This document shows positions 29,962 through 44,713 of a stretch of 64,000 bases of DNA, in pieces. The position numbers and the translations under genes are program-made. Numbering within the stretch: position 1 is the stretch's first letter; each line of letters starts with the position of its first letter. The notes below the pieces were generated by a model. That model was not told the DNA's origin and did no database searches. It saw only the letters and a list, made by a program, of their open reading frames with translations. This DNA is from the human T2T-CHM13v2.0 reference genome, Homo sapiens, in NCBI RefSeq assembly GCF_009914755.1, contig NC_060947.1. One strand, 5' to 3'.

Positions 29962-31207
29962 TAATATTTGCTGTTCTGCAGCCTCCGCTGGTGATACCCA
30001 GGCAAACAGGGTCTGGAGTGGACCTCCAGCAGACACCAACAGACCTGCAGCTGAGGGTCCTGACTGTTAGAAGGAAAACTAACAAACAGAAAGGAATAGC
30101 ATCAACACCAACGAAAAGGACATCCACACCAAAACCCCATCTGTAGGTCACCATCATCAAAGACCAAAGGTAGATAAAACCACAAAGATGGGGAGAAACC
30201 AGAGCAGAAAAGCTGAAAATTCTGAAAACCAGAGCTCCTCTTCTCCTCCAAAGGATCGCAGCTCCTCACCAGCAATGGAACAAAGCTGGACAGAGAATGA
30301 CTTTGACGAGTTGACAGAAGTAGGCTTCAGAAGATCAGTAATAACAAACTTCTCTGAGCTAAAGGAGGATGTTTGAACCCATCGCAAAGAAGTTAAAAAC
30401 CTTGAAAAAATATTAGACGAATAGCTAACTAGAATAAACAGTGTAGAGAAGACCTTAAATGACCTGATGGAGCTGAAAACCATGGCACGAGAACTACGTG
30501 ATGCATGCACAAGCTTCAGTAGCCAATTCGATCAAGTGGAAGAAAGGGTATTAGTGATTGAAGATCAAATGAATGAAATGAAGCGAGAAGAGAAGTTTAG
30601 AGAAAAAAAGGGTAAAAATAAACGAGCAAAGCCTCCAAGACATATGGGACTATGTGAAAAGACCAAATCTACGTTTGATTGGTATACCTGAAAGTGACGG
30701 GGAGAATGGAACCAAGTTGGAAAACACTCTTCAGGATATTATCCAGGAGAACTTCCCCAACCTAGCAAGGCAGGCCAACATTCAAATTCAGGAAATACAG
30801 AGAACACCACAAAGATACTCCTCGAGAAGAGCAACCCCAAGACACATAATTGTCAGATTCACCAAGGTTGAAATGAAGGAAAAAATGTTAAGGCAGCCAG
30901 AGAGAAAGGTCAGGTTACCCACAAAGGGAAGCCCGTCAGACTAACAGCAGATCTCTCAGCAGAAACTCTACAAGCCAGAAGAGAGTGGGGGCCAATATTC
31001 AACATTCTTAAAAAAAGAATTTTCAACCCAGAATTTCATATCCAGCCAAACTAAGCTTCATAAGTGAAGGAGAAATAAAATCCTTTACAGACAAGCAAAT
31101 GCTGAGAGATTTTGTCACCACCAGGCCTGCCTTACAAGAGCTCCTGAAGGAAGCACTAAACATGGAAAGGAACAACCAGTACCAGCCACTACAAACACGT
31201 GCCAAAT
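29962..31207 (+). mobile_element. Younger L1PA fragment: end of 5' UTR plus complete but disrupted ORF1
   Basis: MGRNQSRKAENSENQSSSSPPKDRSSSPAMEQSW, KRPNLRLIGIPESDGENGTKLENTLQDIIQENFPNLARQ; contains stops and frameshifts. Confidence 0.96.
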
Positions 31208-31915
31208 CAAAACCACAGTGAGATACCATCTCACACCAGTCATAACGGCAACTACTAAAAAGTCAAAATACAACAGATGATGGTAAGGTTGCAGAGAAAA
31301 GCAACACTAATACACTGTTGGTTGCAATGTAAATTAGCTCAACCATTGTGGAAAGTAGTGTGGTGATTCCTCAAAGAGCTAAAAGCAGAACTATCATTCA
31401 ACCTAGCAATTCCAGTACTGGGTATATACCCAAAGGAATATAAATAATTCTACTGTAAAGACTCATGCACATGTATATTCATGGCAGCATTATTCACAAT
31501 ACAACGACATGCAATCAACCTACATACCCATCAACGGTGCACTGGATAAAGAAAATGTGGTATATATACATCATGGAATACTACACAGCCATAAAAAAGA
31601 ATGAGGTCATGTCCTTTGGAGGAACACAGATGAAGCCGGAGGCCATTATCCTTAGCAAACTAACATGGGAGCAGAAAACCAAATACCGCATGTTCTCACT
31701 TATCAGTGTAAGCTAAATAATGAGAATACATAGACATATAGAGGGGAAAAACAGACACCGGGGCATATCGGAAGGTAAAGGGTGAGAGGAGGGAGATGAT
31801 TAGGAAAAATAACTAATGGGTACTAGGCTTAATACCTGGGTGATGAAATAATCTGTAAAACAAACCCCTATGACACAAACAACCCTGCAAATGTACTCTT
31901 GAACTAAAAAGTTAT
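31203..31915 (+). mobile_element. Older L1 (L1PA13-16-like) 3' end
   Basis: 'caaaaccacagtgagataccatctcacacc' through 'aataactaatgggtactaggcttaatacctgggtgatgaaataatctg'. Confidence 0.9.
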
Positions 31916-32234
31916 TTAATATGTAAATTAAATTAGATCATATCATGGAGTATTAGTCAATTAGAAATTGAGGCAAAGATAGGAATACGATCCAATACTG
32001 CCATATAGTACCAGTAAGAATACACATTTGAGAACACTACTCTAATTTAAATGTAATGATCTTAGATTCACAAAAATAATCTTCTTAAGTCTTTCCTATC
32101 CTAAAATTGACAAAAGATTTTAAGAAGCTTAATTACCTTATCAAAAATTTTGCATAAGCTTGGTGAATAAAATACATTTCAGAGTTCATCCTTTCAACTT
32201 GATATTTGGTCATTAAAAAGTATTTTGTTTTACG

Positions 32235-32690
32235 GGGTTTGATACGCCGTCTCCCTCATAAGTTTGTGTTCCTCATAGATGTGATCTCTCTACATATTTC
32301 TATATTACTCAGAGGTTGGTTTCTTCCTTTTTATTCTATTCTTTTTTCTATTTTTTTCTCTGTTTTGTCTGAACGTCTTATTTTTGAAATCCAGTCTTTA
32401 AGCTCTGAAATTCTTTCTTCAGTTTGGTCTGTTCTTCTGTTAGTACTTACGATTGCATTATCAAATTCTCGTAGTATGTTTTCCAGCTCTATCAGATTGT
32501 TTATGTACATTTTTATACAGGCTATTTTATCTGCCAGTTCCTGTATTATTTTATTGTGATTCTTAGCTTTCTTGGATTGGGCTTCAATGTGCTCCTGCAT
32601 CTCAATGATTTTCATCTCTACCCATATTTTAAATTCTATTTCTGCCATTTCAGCCATCTCATCCTTGTTCAGAACTTTTGCTGGAGAGAT
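32235..32690 (-). mobile_element. L1 ORF1 fragment (older L1PA/PB type)
   Basis: ORF 32331-32873 includes EMAEMAEIEFKIW...DQTEERISELKDW. Confidence 0.85.
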
Positions 32691-32898
32691 ATATACTGAT
32701 TTTTTCTTTCTTTTTAGTATATACTCAGTAGTGGGATTGGTATACCATATGGTAGCTGCATTTTTAAGTTTTTGTGGAAGTTTCAGAATCTTCTCCATAT
32801 TGTTTATAATAATTTTCATCTTAACCACCAACAGTGTACGAGGTTTCCCTGTTCTCCACAACCTCTCTAGCATTTGTTATTGCCTGTCTCTTGGATAA

Positions 32899-33123
<225 letters not shown>

Positions 33124-33551
33124 TAAAAGTCATTTTAACTGGGGTAAGATAATAACTCATTGTAGTTTTGATTTGCCTTTCTCTTATTATCAATTATGTT
33201 GAACATATTTTCACATGCCTGTTTGCCATTTGCATGTCTTCTTCAGAGAAATATCTACTCCAATCTATTGCCTGTTTTGAATTGCATTATTGAATTTTTT
33301 CTTATGAAGTTATTTTATCTTCTTATATATTCTGGTTATGAATCCCTTGACAGATAGGTGGTTTGCAAATATTTTCTCCCATTTTGTGAGTTGTCTTTTA
33401 ACTTTGTTTATTATTTTCTTCATCCTGCAGAAGCTTTTTAACTTTACGTGATCCCATTTGTCCATTTTTTTTTTTTTGCTTCATTTCCTTGTACTTCTGG
33501 AGTATTACTTAAGAAATTTTGGCCCAGACCAATGTGCTGAAGATTTTCCCC

Positions 33552-34030
33552 CCCAAAAGTGAAAGAACTCTACAATGAAAGCTATAAAATCTAATAAAGG
33601 ACATTGAAGAGAAAAATAAAAATAAAAAGATATTTCATGTTTATGGATTAGAATAATCAATATTGTTAAAATGTCCATACTACCTAAATTAATCTATTGA
33701 TTCAATGCAATCTCTATCAAAATACCAATGATATTTTTCACAGAAAGAGAAAAACAATCCTAAAATTTATATGGAACCCTGTAATATTTAGATTAGCCAA
33801 AGCTGTCCTGAGCAAAAAGGAACAAAACTGGAGGAATCACCTTACCTGACTTGAAATTATACCACAGAGATATATGAACCCAAATAGCATAACACTGGCA
33901 AAAAAAAAAAAAAAACCAGACATATAGAACAATGGACCAGAATAGAGAATCAGAAACAAATCCACATACCTACAGTGAACTTATTTTTGACAAAGTTGCC
34001 AAGAACATGCACTGGAAAAAAGACAATCTG
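33552..34030 (+). mobile_element. Inverted L1 ORF2 segment
   Basis: Sense ORF2 sequence ('ttcaatgcaatctctatcaaaatacc') embedded in an antisense L1. Confidence 0.9.
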
Positions 34031-37000
34031 ATTTATTTTTCCGATAATTAACTATTGGCATATAGAAAGGCTACTGATTTTTGTATATTGATTTTGTATT
34101 CTGTAAATTTACTAAATTTGTTCATCAGTTTTAATAGCTTTTGGTAGTGTCTTTAGGATTTTCCAAATATAAAATCATATCATCTGCAAACAAAGGTAAT
34201 TTGAATTCTGTTTTACCGATTTGGATGTCCTTTTTATTTATTTATTTATTTTCAGCAAATCAAATAATATTTGCTTTATATATATATGAATGCTCCAGTG
34301 TTAGGTACATACATATTTATAATTGTTATGTCTTTTATTAAATTTACTTCTTTATCATTGTATAGTGACCTTCTTTGTCTCTTCTTATAGTGTTTGTCTT
34401 GAAATCTATGTTGTTGAATATAAGTAAATATATTCTTGCCATTTTCTGGTTGCCATTGGCATAAAACAGCTTTTAGCCATCCCTTTATTTTCAATCTGTG
34501 TGTATCTATATCGGAGAAGTTTGTTTTTTTAAGGCAAGAGATCATTGGGTCTTGTGTTTTTTCTTTATTCTGACATGTTATGTCCTTTCATTGGAGAGTT
34601 CATCTATTTATTTCCTTGTTATTATTGACAACTAGAGACTTACTCCTGTCATTTTCTTATTCGTTTTCTGGTTGGTTTGTAGTCTCCTCTCTCATTCTTT
34701 TCTTTCTTTTACCCTTTTAGTGAAAGTGATTTTCTCAGGTGATATGATTTAATTTGTAACTTTTTATTTTTGTGTATTTGTTGTATGGTTCTTGATTTGA
34801 GGTTATCATGAGGCTTGTAAATACTATCTTATAACCCATTATTTTAAACTGATGACAACATAGCAAAGATTGCATAAACAAAGAAGCACAAAAAGAAAAC
34901 TAATAAACACTCTATACTTTAACTTTATACTCCCCCTTTTTAACTTTTTATTGTTTCTTTTTATGTCTTATTGTACTGTCTATGTTTTGAAAAGTGTTGC
35001 AGTTATAATTTTTGATTGGTTCATCATTTGACCTTTCTACTTAAGAGTAGTTTACATACCATGATTACAGTGTTATAATATTCTGTGGTTTTCCATGTCC
35101 CTACTATTTCCAGTGAGTCTTCTACCTTCAGATGATTTCTTCTTATGTATTAATGTATTTTGTTTCAGAATAAAGAACACCCTTTAGCATTTCGTGTAAG
35201 ACAGGTCTCGTGTTTATGGAATCCCTCAGCTTTTATATGTTATTTGTTTCTTTCCTTTTGCTGCTTTTAGGACCCTTTCTTTATCCTTGACCTTTGGGAG
35301 TTTGGTTATTGAATGCCTTGAGGCTGTCTTCTTTGGGTTAAATCTGCATGGTGTTTTGTAACCTCTTTGTACTTGAATGTTGATTTATTTCTCTAGATTT
35401 GGGAAGTTTTCTGATATTACCTCTTTGAATGCACTTTCTACCCCCATCTCTTTCTGTACTTTTCTTTAAGGAAAATAACACTTAGATTTACCCTTTTGAG
35501 GATATTTCCTAGATCTTATAGTTGTACTTCATTCTTTATTCTTTTTAATTTTGTTTCCTTTGTATTTTCCACTAGCCTGTCTTCAACTAAATCTTTTCTT
35601 CTCCTTGATTATTTCTGCTATTAAGATTCTCTGATGCATTCTTAAGTATGCCAATTGCATTAATCAGCTCTAGAATTTCTGCTTTATTCTTTTAAATTAT
35701 TTCAATCTCTTTGTTAAATTTACCTGACAGAATTCTGAATTCCTTCTCTGTGTTATCTTAAATTTCTTTGAGCCTCCTCAACACAGCTATTTTGAATTAT
35801 CTGTCTGAAAGGTCACATGTCCCTGTTTCTCCAGGATTGGTCCCTGATGACTTATTTAGTTCATTTGGTAAGGCCATGTTTTCCTTGATTATCCTGATTG
35901 CTTATGGACATTCATCAGTGTCTGGGCATTAAAGATATATATTTATTGTAGTCTTTGCAATTTGAGCTTGTTTTATATCTGTCCTTTTTGAGAAGGTTTT
36001 CCATGTATTCTAAGGGAATTGGGTACTGTGCCCAATAATGCTGTGGTTTTTGTGGACTCATAGAGGTGCTGCCTTGGTAGTCTTAGATAAGGTCCAAAAG
36101 AATTACCTGGATTACCAGGAAGAGTCTCATGTTGTCTTCCCTTACCTTCTCCCAAACAGTGCCTCTCTCTGTGTGCTGAGCCACCTGGAACTGTGGGCAT
36201 TGTGATGCAAGTACCATGGGGTCACCACCACTGGGTCTGTGCTGGGTCAGACCTGAAGCCAGCACAACACTGAGTCTCACCAAAGTCCTACCGTAACCAC
36301 TACCTGGATACCACCTATGTTGACTCCAAGGTTCTAGGGCTCTATAATCAGCAGGTGGTGAAACCAGCCAGGTTTCTCTTCTTTCATTTAGGGCAGTGAT
36401 ATCTCTCAGGCCCCAGACTTGTGCAGAGATCCTGTCTGAGAGCCAGCAATTGTAGTACAAAACCTTACAAATTTACCTAATATTTCATTCTACTTTGTGT
36501 AAGCTGGCACTCACACCACAATACGAAGTCCTTCCTGCTTTTCCCTCCTCTTTCCACAGGCAGAGGAACCCCTCCCTGTGGCTACTACCACCACCAGCCC
36601 ATAAGGCGTTCTGCCACACCACTACTTATGTTCACTTAAAGACCAAGGGCTCTTCTAAGAGATTATAGTGAATGTTGCCAGAACTATGACACGCCTTTCA
36701 AGGCAGTGAGCTCCCCTCTGGCCTAAAGCACGTCCAGAATTGCTGTCCAAAAGTCTAGACCAGGACTTGACACCAAGAGCCTGCTTGTTGCTCTACTCCA
36801 CTGTGACCAAACTGGTATCTAGTGTGCAAAACAAAGTCTTCATTATTTTTCCCCCTGCTTTTTTCAAACAGAGAGAGTCTTTCACTGTAGCCAGCACCGC
36901 TGGGAATATGGCAGGTCACACTTGAAGTCAGTACATCTCAGAGCCCGAGGCCCATGGAGTACTCCCTGACTATCACTCCTTACTCTTCAGAGCCCAAGGG

Positions 37001-37968
37001 CTCTTTAGTCAGCAGTTTATAAATCCTATCAGAAGTGTTTTTTTCCCTTCAAGGCCACGGGTCTGCCTCTAGCCCAGGTTGATTCTAGATATGTCATCTG
37101 TGAGCCAGAATGGGGACCTCACAACTCTGCCGGTGCCCTCTACTTCTGTGGCTGAGCTGGCATCCAAGATGCATAAGAAAGGCCTCTTTTTTCTTTCCTT
37201 TTCTTAATCTGAAGAAAGGAGTCACTTTTACTGTTGCGAGCTGCACTGACTTGGCTTGGAAAAGGAGTGGCACAAGCACTCTCTTAGCTGCCCCAGCTGG
37301 TGTCTTCCTAGGTCACGTGCCACTTGAGTCCACTGGCTCTAAGCCCAGCCTAGCGCTTGGAGTTGTCCAGGAATTGTATTCCTTGTGTCCTACACTGCCT
37401 TTCAGGTTTACCTGGGACCCCAGAGCACTTTGGCCTACAGCAGTAAGGCTTGCTAAAAAAACTCAAGTTCTGACCACTGTAATGGGCGATTCCCTTCTTG
37501 TAAGGACTGGTCCAAATGCTCCCTCTGTGCAGGGTACTGGTTGATCCCAGCATGACTTTGCTCTCCACTGTGACAGGCAGCACCGAGTACAATGTAAAGT
37601 CCCTAGGTCACTGTGCTCTCCCTCCCCCAAGTGCACAAACTCTCTGTGTCACAGGGCCACTGCCAGTGGATGGGGAGGGGTGGTGTCAGCTATTTCAGAC
37701 TGTTTCTCCTATCCTTTTTAATGCCTCTTTCAGTGATATGAATTTAAACCATGTACTGTGATTACTCACTTGATTTTTGGTCCAGTGATGGTGTTTCTCT
37801 GTGTGCAGATACTTGTTAAAATTTGGTGTTCCAGCGCAGGGGACAAATAGTGTAGGCTTTTATTCCACCGTCTTATACCACCCTCTTTAGATTTTTTTCT
37901 TAAGCTTTTATTTATTTTAAACAAGAAGTTCTTTAAAAAAATAACTCAATTAAAAAAAAAACTATTCA

Positions 37969-38295
<327 letters not shown>

Positions 38296-39850
38296 TCAGG
38301 GAGATGTCAGTTTATTTCAAATGTACTTTATATAATTATATTTTATAGCATATTCTCACACTACATATTTAAGATGAAATTTGTAAATGTGATTAAATTT
38401 CGCTTAAAAATTCTTGAATTGAATAAACTGAAATTCAACACCTATTCCACTGAATTTTACTCTACCTGATGAGTATTTTGGCATTGCAGAGAAAATCTCT
38501 TTTTTTGAAAGGAACTCATTAAATATCACTTTTGCGTCAATATTAGGACCTTTTAATATGTAGTTGCACATTAGGAGATGATGAAGAGTTGCCTGCAGCT
38601 CTGCACACAAATACTAATCTTCATCCCAATGATTTCCAAACGTTTGACTTTACAATTATCTGTATTACCATACTTTATGTTATATTGTTGGAACACTGGG
38701 ACCACTAGCACCTTTTAAAATGTCCATAAATTAGAATAAAATTATAATAAAACCACATTTTTATATTTTTTCCCAAGAGTTTATAATAGAAGACTAAGTT
38801 TTGTGGGATTCACAATATATTATCAATGTGTGTTTCTTGAAAATCATTTAGAATGAGAAAATAATTTGAAGTCAACTAATATATAAGATATATGTCTCCT
38901 TTTAGATGAAAGATAAAACATTATTTTCTGTGAATGTAGGCAAAATAACTTCAACAAATGGAAATTTTTACCTTTAAAAAAGATTGTCATTTATTTTCTG
39001 GTAACTGTTGTACTCTGAAAAATCTAAAGCCTCTCTAGTGGCAGAAATCTACAAAATTCAATACAGGTTTAATATAAAGAATACATGATCTTTAAAAAAA
39101 TGCAATGAAGAAAATATTGTTTTAGTCTCTTGAGAGCCATCTTTCTAGATTTTTCAAAGTATAGACAAAATTGAAGTGTTTCAACCAATTCTGTTATTAA
39201 CAATCCTGAACAGGATTATTCATCATAAGACATCAAAATTCTTTAGCCTACAATTTTATCCTTTACAAAATATACTTCTTAAATCCAGATTATAACACCA
39301 CTCACTTCCACTTTTCCATTTAGAATAAAAGGAACTAGTGAGATTATATGATTTCTACAAGTGTTTAAAAAATATTCCAAATTACAAATCAGTGTAAAAT
39401 CTCCTGAATATCAGGACACTGCATTTCTTAATCATACAATAATAATATTGTCCTTTAAAATTTTGGCTTTTAATAACTTTTTAAACTTTATTTTTAAACA
39501 TTATAACTTCCTCTAGACATGTACTTCTCCAATCGTGATTGAAAGCAAATATTACATAAAATTGACTTGCAAAATATCACAGTAACATAGTTCTTAATAC
39601 AGCACTATATTTTATTCATATCAACATCTTTTGACCCAATTTTTCTAAAAGAAGACGTTAAGAACTTGTTAAGAATACACATGAAAAGAGATTTTGTTTT
39701 TAATCCTACCTTTCCTATAAACCCTAGCAATCAGAAAGTAGAAAGAAATATCTAGCTAACTCATTTTTTAAAAACACTCTAAATAGACTAGAAGCTATGA
39801 TATGAATTCATGAAATTGGTATCAGGGTCATTATTTATAAATAAAGTTTT

Positions 39851-40058
<208 letters not shown>

Positions 40059-40825
40059 CTAGAATAACAGAAGGAAATACTATACTCAAACAATCCAAAG
40101 GAAGTCATCAAAAGCCAATCTTATTTTTCAAACATGTTAAAGATAAATAAGAATATAGACACGCTAATATAACAATTTAAAAAATAACCACAAAACTCTG
40201 TAAGTAGGATGGATGATAGACAATGGAAGGAAGAAAAGAAGGGAGGTAATTTTAAAAACCATATACTTCAGACATTTTAATTCCCTTGTTAGATAAAACT
40301 AGTATGCTCGGGGGTTAATGTGTGGCAGTTGTCAGACACCTTTCACACCATGGACTAATTTATAGATAATTGGAATAAAACCCTGAGTTTCAAGCAGGTA
40401 CCACTTATTTTTATTGAATTTCCCTTCTTGAGCATGATTCACACATACTTCACATTTGCCCATATACTGGCTAAGTAGGACAGCAAAATGCCTTAAAGAA
40501 ATGTACCATTTTAAGAAGCTAGCTTTTTTTCTTAGGTGCATAAGTTATGCTTGGAGAAAATATAATTATATTTTCCTGCATAATAAATAGGTTTTATGAA
40601 AAACACAGCCTTTGGAGAATACAAGAGAAATTATTCACTATGTTTAACAAAACATGTAGCAAAACATTTTGCCCTTGATTTTCTTATTCAAATAGTGGGA
40701 CTAGAAAAACTTTTGAAGACGTGTTAGATGTAGTTAGCCATTGAGGTACACTGAAAAGTCAGCACGAGTGCATGAGTTGGATTTTGTTATGATTATTTTG
40801 CTTTTGTTTTATTATTTTTTTTCTT

Positions 40826-40872
40826 ACTCCCTTTGGTCTTGTCTTATGTGAACTCCCTTTGGTCTTGTCTTA
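40826..40872. repeat. Direct duplication with 26-bp period
   Basis: actccctttggtcttgtctta at 40826-40846 and 40852-40872. Confidence 0.9.
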
Positions 40873-41635
40873 GGTGCCATTGAAGACACCGTAAATTCAA
40901 CCCCATCATATGGTTTCATTTTAACTCAGAAGGTTAGATATGTTCAGCACAAATAAAATCAGATATTCTCAGGCTCACCCTAATTAAAGGTCCTAATCTA
41001 ATCAAAGCTTTCATGAAGAAATGTCTTTTATGGAGGAAATTTACTGGTGTGTATTAATAATGGAAGCACTTTTTTAAAGCAAGGAAAACTGGTATGAATA
41101 CAATTTTTATATTAAATTTAGATGTCATGTTCTTACTGATGGTACAGACGACTACAATTGATATATCCAGATTCAAGCCCCTACAAAACACAGTCAGAGT
41201 ATACTGGTACCTGTCTCTTCATACTGCCTTCACCCAGATTCTATGATTCCTTTAAGTGAACAGAAAGTCTATTCAGTAGGGTAGAATTTTAACAGCATAG
41301 TTGGAGAGCTCCTGCTGTCCAAATGCATGCTTCCATGTGGAGGCCTGGAATAAAAAGGCCATTATAGCTTTTGGTACACTCTGTGGGAGAGAGTAGGGAG
41401 AGAAGTTGTAATGATTAGCAAGTAAGTTTTGTGATTGGCATAAAAACTAGAGAGGCATAAAAGAATTTACTTTTGTGCATATTGTTCCATTTTTACCAGA
41501 GTGACTTATAATTTAGAGGCTTATTTATTCCAAAGACCAGTAAGAACTTACTACATAAGAGACATGTAGTCTATCAAATAAGGAGAGTGGTTAAAGTCTC
41601 GTTTTTAGTATCATTGACTTCGAAGGTTAAATTCC

Positions 41636-41942
41636 TTTTTTTTTTTTTTTTTTTTGTTTTTGAGGCGGAGTCTCGCTCTGTCACCCAGGCTGGAATGCAG
41701 TGGAGCCGTCTGGGCTCAGTGTAAGCTCCGCTTCCCGGGTTCATGTGATTCTCGTGCCTCAGGCTCCTGAGCAGCTGGGATTACAGTTGCCCGCCATCAT
41801 GCCGGGCTAATTTTTGTATTTCTGTAGGGACAGGGTTTCACCATGTTGGCCAGACTGGTCTTGAACTCCTGACTTCAGGTGATCCTCCCCCTTCAGCCTA
41901 TCAAAGTACTGGGGTTACAGGTGTGAGCCACCACACCCAGCC
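41636..41942 (-). mobile_element. AluS
   Basis: Full antisense dimer; TSD ggttaaattc. Confidence 0.95.
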
Positions 41943-43916
41943 TCAAGGGTTAAATTCTTGAATTGATAATTAATTCCCTGATATGCTTACAGTTCTGTTT
42001 TTATGAGTACACATTTAAATAAAGCTTTTGCATCAGTCTGATCGAAAAATTAGTAGAATTAGTTTAAAGGTGTGATTACATCCAACATTTCAAGTTAAAA
42101 ATATAAAATTGTGATCACACTTAATCCCTTTGGTTTACAAATAGCATTTTCTCTGATATCATTTTCTGCTAAATTGTATGATATGGTGTAGGGGAAGTAT
42201 TATCACTAGCCTTCAGGCACTGTCAGTGTGTGTCTACGCCTTTTATTTTAAAAATGTGAACCCAATGATAAACTTCGAATATTCGATTTAATGTACTATG
42301 TGGTGAGCTGATTTTTACACAACAGAGAACCTTTGTCTACTCTTAGAAATAGAGCAAAGAAAAATATTTGAATTTTATATTTGAAATAATCTTAAGGATC
42401 ATAGAGTCCAAGTTCTTTATTGTGTAATGGGAAAACTAAGTTTTAAAGCAGATGTGACTTACCCACAATCACACATTTATTCAGTTGTGGAACAAAGAAT
42501 ATAATCTGAAAGAAAAATTATTGGACAAATAATATCCATCTATCAGATTCTAGCCGGAATGGGGTTAACATCAGAAAACTCTATACTATCAGAGAAGACT
42601 GCATTGATTTAAAGTACAAATAATGTTATCTTCCATCGACATACATGAAAGACGAGTCTTAGAAAATTCTTATCTCTCTGTATATATAACACTTTTTTCA
42701 ATAAAAATGTAAATCATATTACTTGTGTTTTATCAATTCTCATTTTGAGAATGGATAGCAAAAAAATTGAAATCTCATATGTTAATGCAAGGAAAAAAAA
42801 TAAGGTCATGCCAAATTCCCCATTTTCTTCTACAAATTACAGATGTTATTTCAGTCTAAATTAAGTTGCTATGTAGTAATAATCCATTTAGGTAGAGAAA
42901 AATATCCAAGTTTACATTCATATTAGGAACTATGTAAAACATGTAGGTGTCTGATGAAATTTTGTGTTTCCTTGCAGTATTTCAAACCATACAATTATTT
43001 CATCACTGCCCTCCATTTACGCAAGTATATTCCCTTTAACTTAAAAAATAGTATATCTGAAAGTGAGCTTTAGATACTGCCCTTATATTGGGTCTATGTC
43101 TGCAGGGGCAAACAGACCACATATCATCTAGTCAGCACTCAATTATTATATTTCAAAGGCTTGTTGCCTGAAATACCCATCTTTTGTTCTCCTCACTGTG
43201 TCTTTGCAACACGCCTTAGCACAGTATCTTATTGACCTCCTTGGAGCACTAAGATCATTCACTGCATGGGAAGAAATGATTTTCCTCCTCAGCATGGACA
43301 TATTTACTGCACCTTTAGGGAAGCCCAGCAAAAAAGAAGCAGCTTCCAGATAGTTTTGTTAGAAAATACTATTACAGAAATTCTGCATAAATTCCGTTTT
43401 AGGAATTGTTAACTCTTTCTGTGAATTTAAGCAGTATTAAGGTGATTTGGCAAGAACTGTGAAAATTAATGATTGATTTCTCTATTGGCTCATAACTGTC
43501 AAGATTCTTGGATAAACTATTTAGAACACGACATAAAAGATAAGAGATTAGTAGTAAAAGGAAACGGTTATAAAATAAAACATGTTGAAATAATAGCAGA
43601 TATTTTTTAAATGTTGCTTACTTAAGGTAATATTTGTTATGGAAAGATGCTATCGAAATGCAGATTCTACTTCTCACCTGGAGTTTCTAAGGGAAGATTA
43701 AATTGTAATCTTAGAAAAAAAAATGTGAATGAATGTCTCTCTCTTCCTTCCTCCCTTTCTCCCTCTCTCTCCCTCCCTCGCTCTCCCTTCTTCCTCTTTT
43801 CTTACCTCCTTAACATTTTGAATGTTTCTAGTAACTTTTCTTATACCATTATGAGGATTTATATTTAGTGTGTATTTTTCCTGTCGAGGCCTTTAAAAGG
43901 TAAACATTTACCTTGA

Positions 43917-44153
<237 letters not shown>

Positions 44154-44398
44154 TAACATCTATTAAAATGTCATTTTGGCAATACAGAAATTACATTAAC
44201 ATGTTTATTCTATTTTTGTAAAGTGTCAATAGCTTCAATATATGTAAAAGGTGATTAAAACCAAAAGCCTTTTTAAAAAGGAGATGATCTGGTTTCTTCC
44301 TTCCTCACAATCCAAATTTAAATTGTGCATTGTCATCTATAAAATACTCTTAAAGGAAAGAACTCATTCCTTTCCTGCAATTCTATTTTTTTTAATTC

Positions 44399-44713
44399 TT
44401 TCTTTTTCTAAGTTTTGTTTGTTTGTTTGTTTTGAGACATGCTTTCAGTTGTCCAGGCTGGAGTGCAGTGACACAATCATGGCTCACTGCTCGCTTGACC
44501 TCCCCAGGCTTACGTGATCCTCGCACCTCAGCCTCCTGAGTAGCTGGGACTACCGGCAGGCACCACCACTCCTGGCTAATTTTTGTAGTTTTTCTAGAGA
44601 CAGGGTTTCACTATGTTGCTCAGGCTGATCTCAGACTCCTGGGCTCAAGCAATCCACTCGCTTCAGCTTCCCAAAGTGCTGGGATTGCAGGCATGAGCCA
44701 TCGCACGCAGCCC
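44399..44713 (-). mobile_element. AluJ
   Basis: 'caatcatggctcactgc', 'ctcctgggctcaagcaatcc'. Confidence 0.92.

Noticed and set aside
30188-31210. Intact L1 ORF1
   Set aside because: In-frame stops and frameshifts split it into at least three ORFs.
32331-32873. Longest ORF (180 aa) as a gene
   Set aside because: It is a chance fusion of L1 ORF2 and ORF1 remnants.
42275-42286. 12-bp palindrome tcgaatattcga (and a 14-bp one at 12847-12860)
   Set aside because: Expected by chance in 64 kb of AT-rich DNA.
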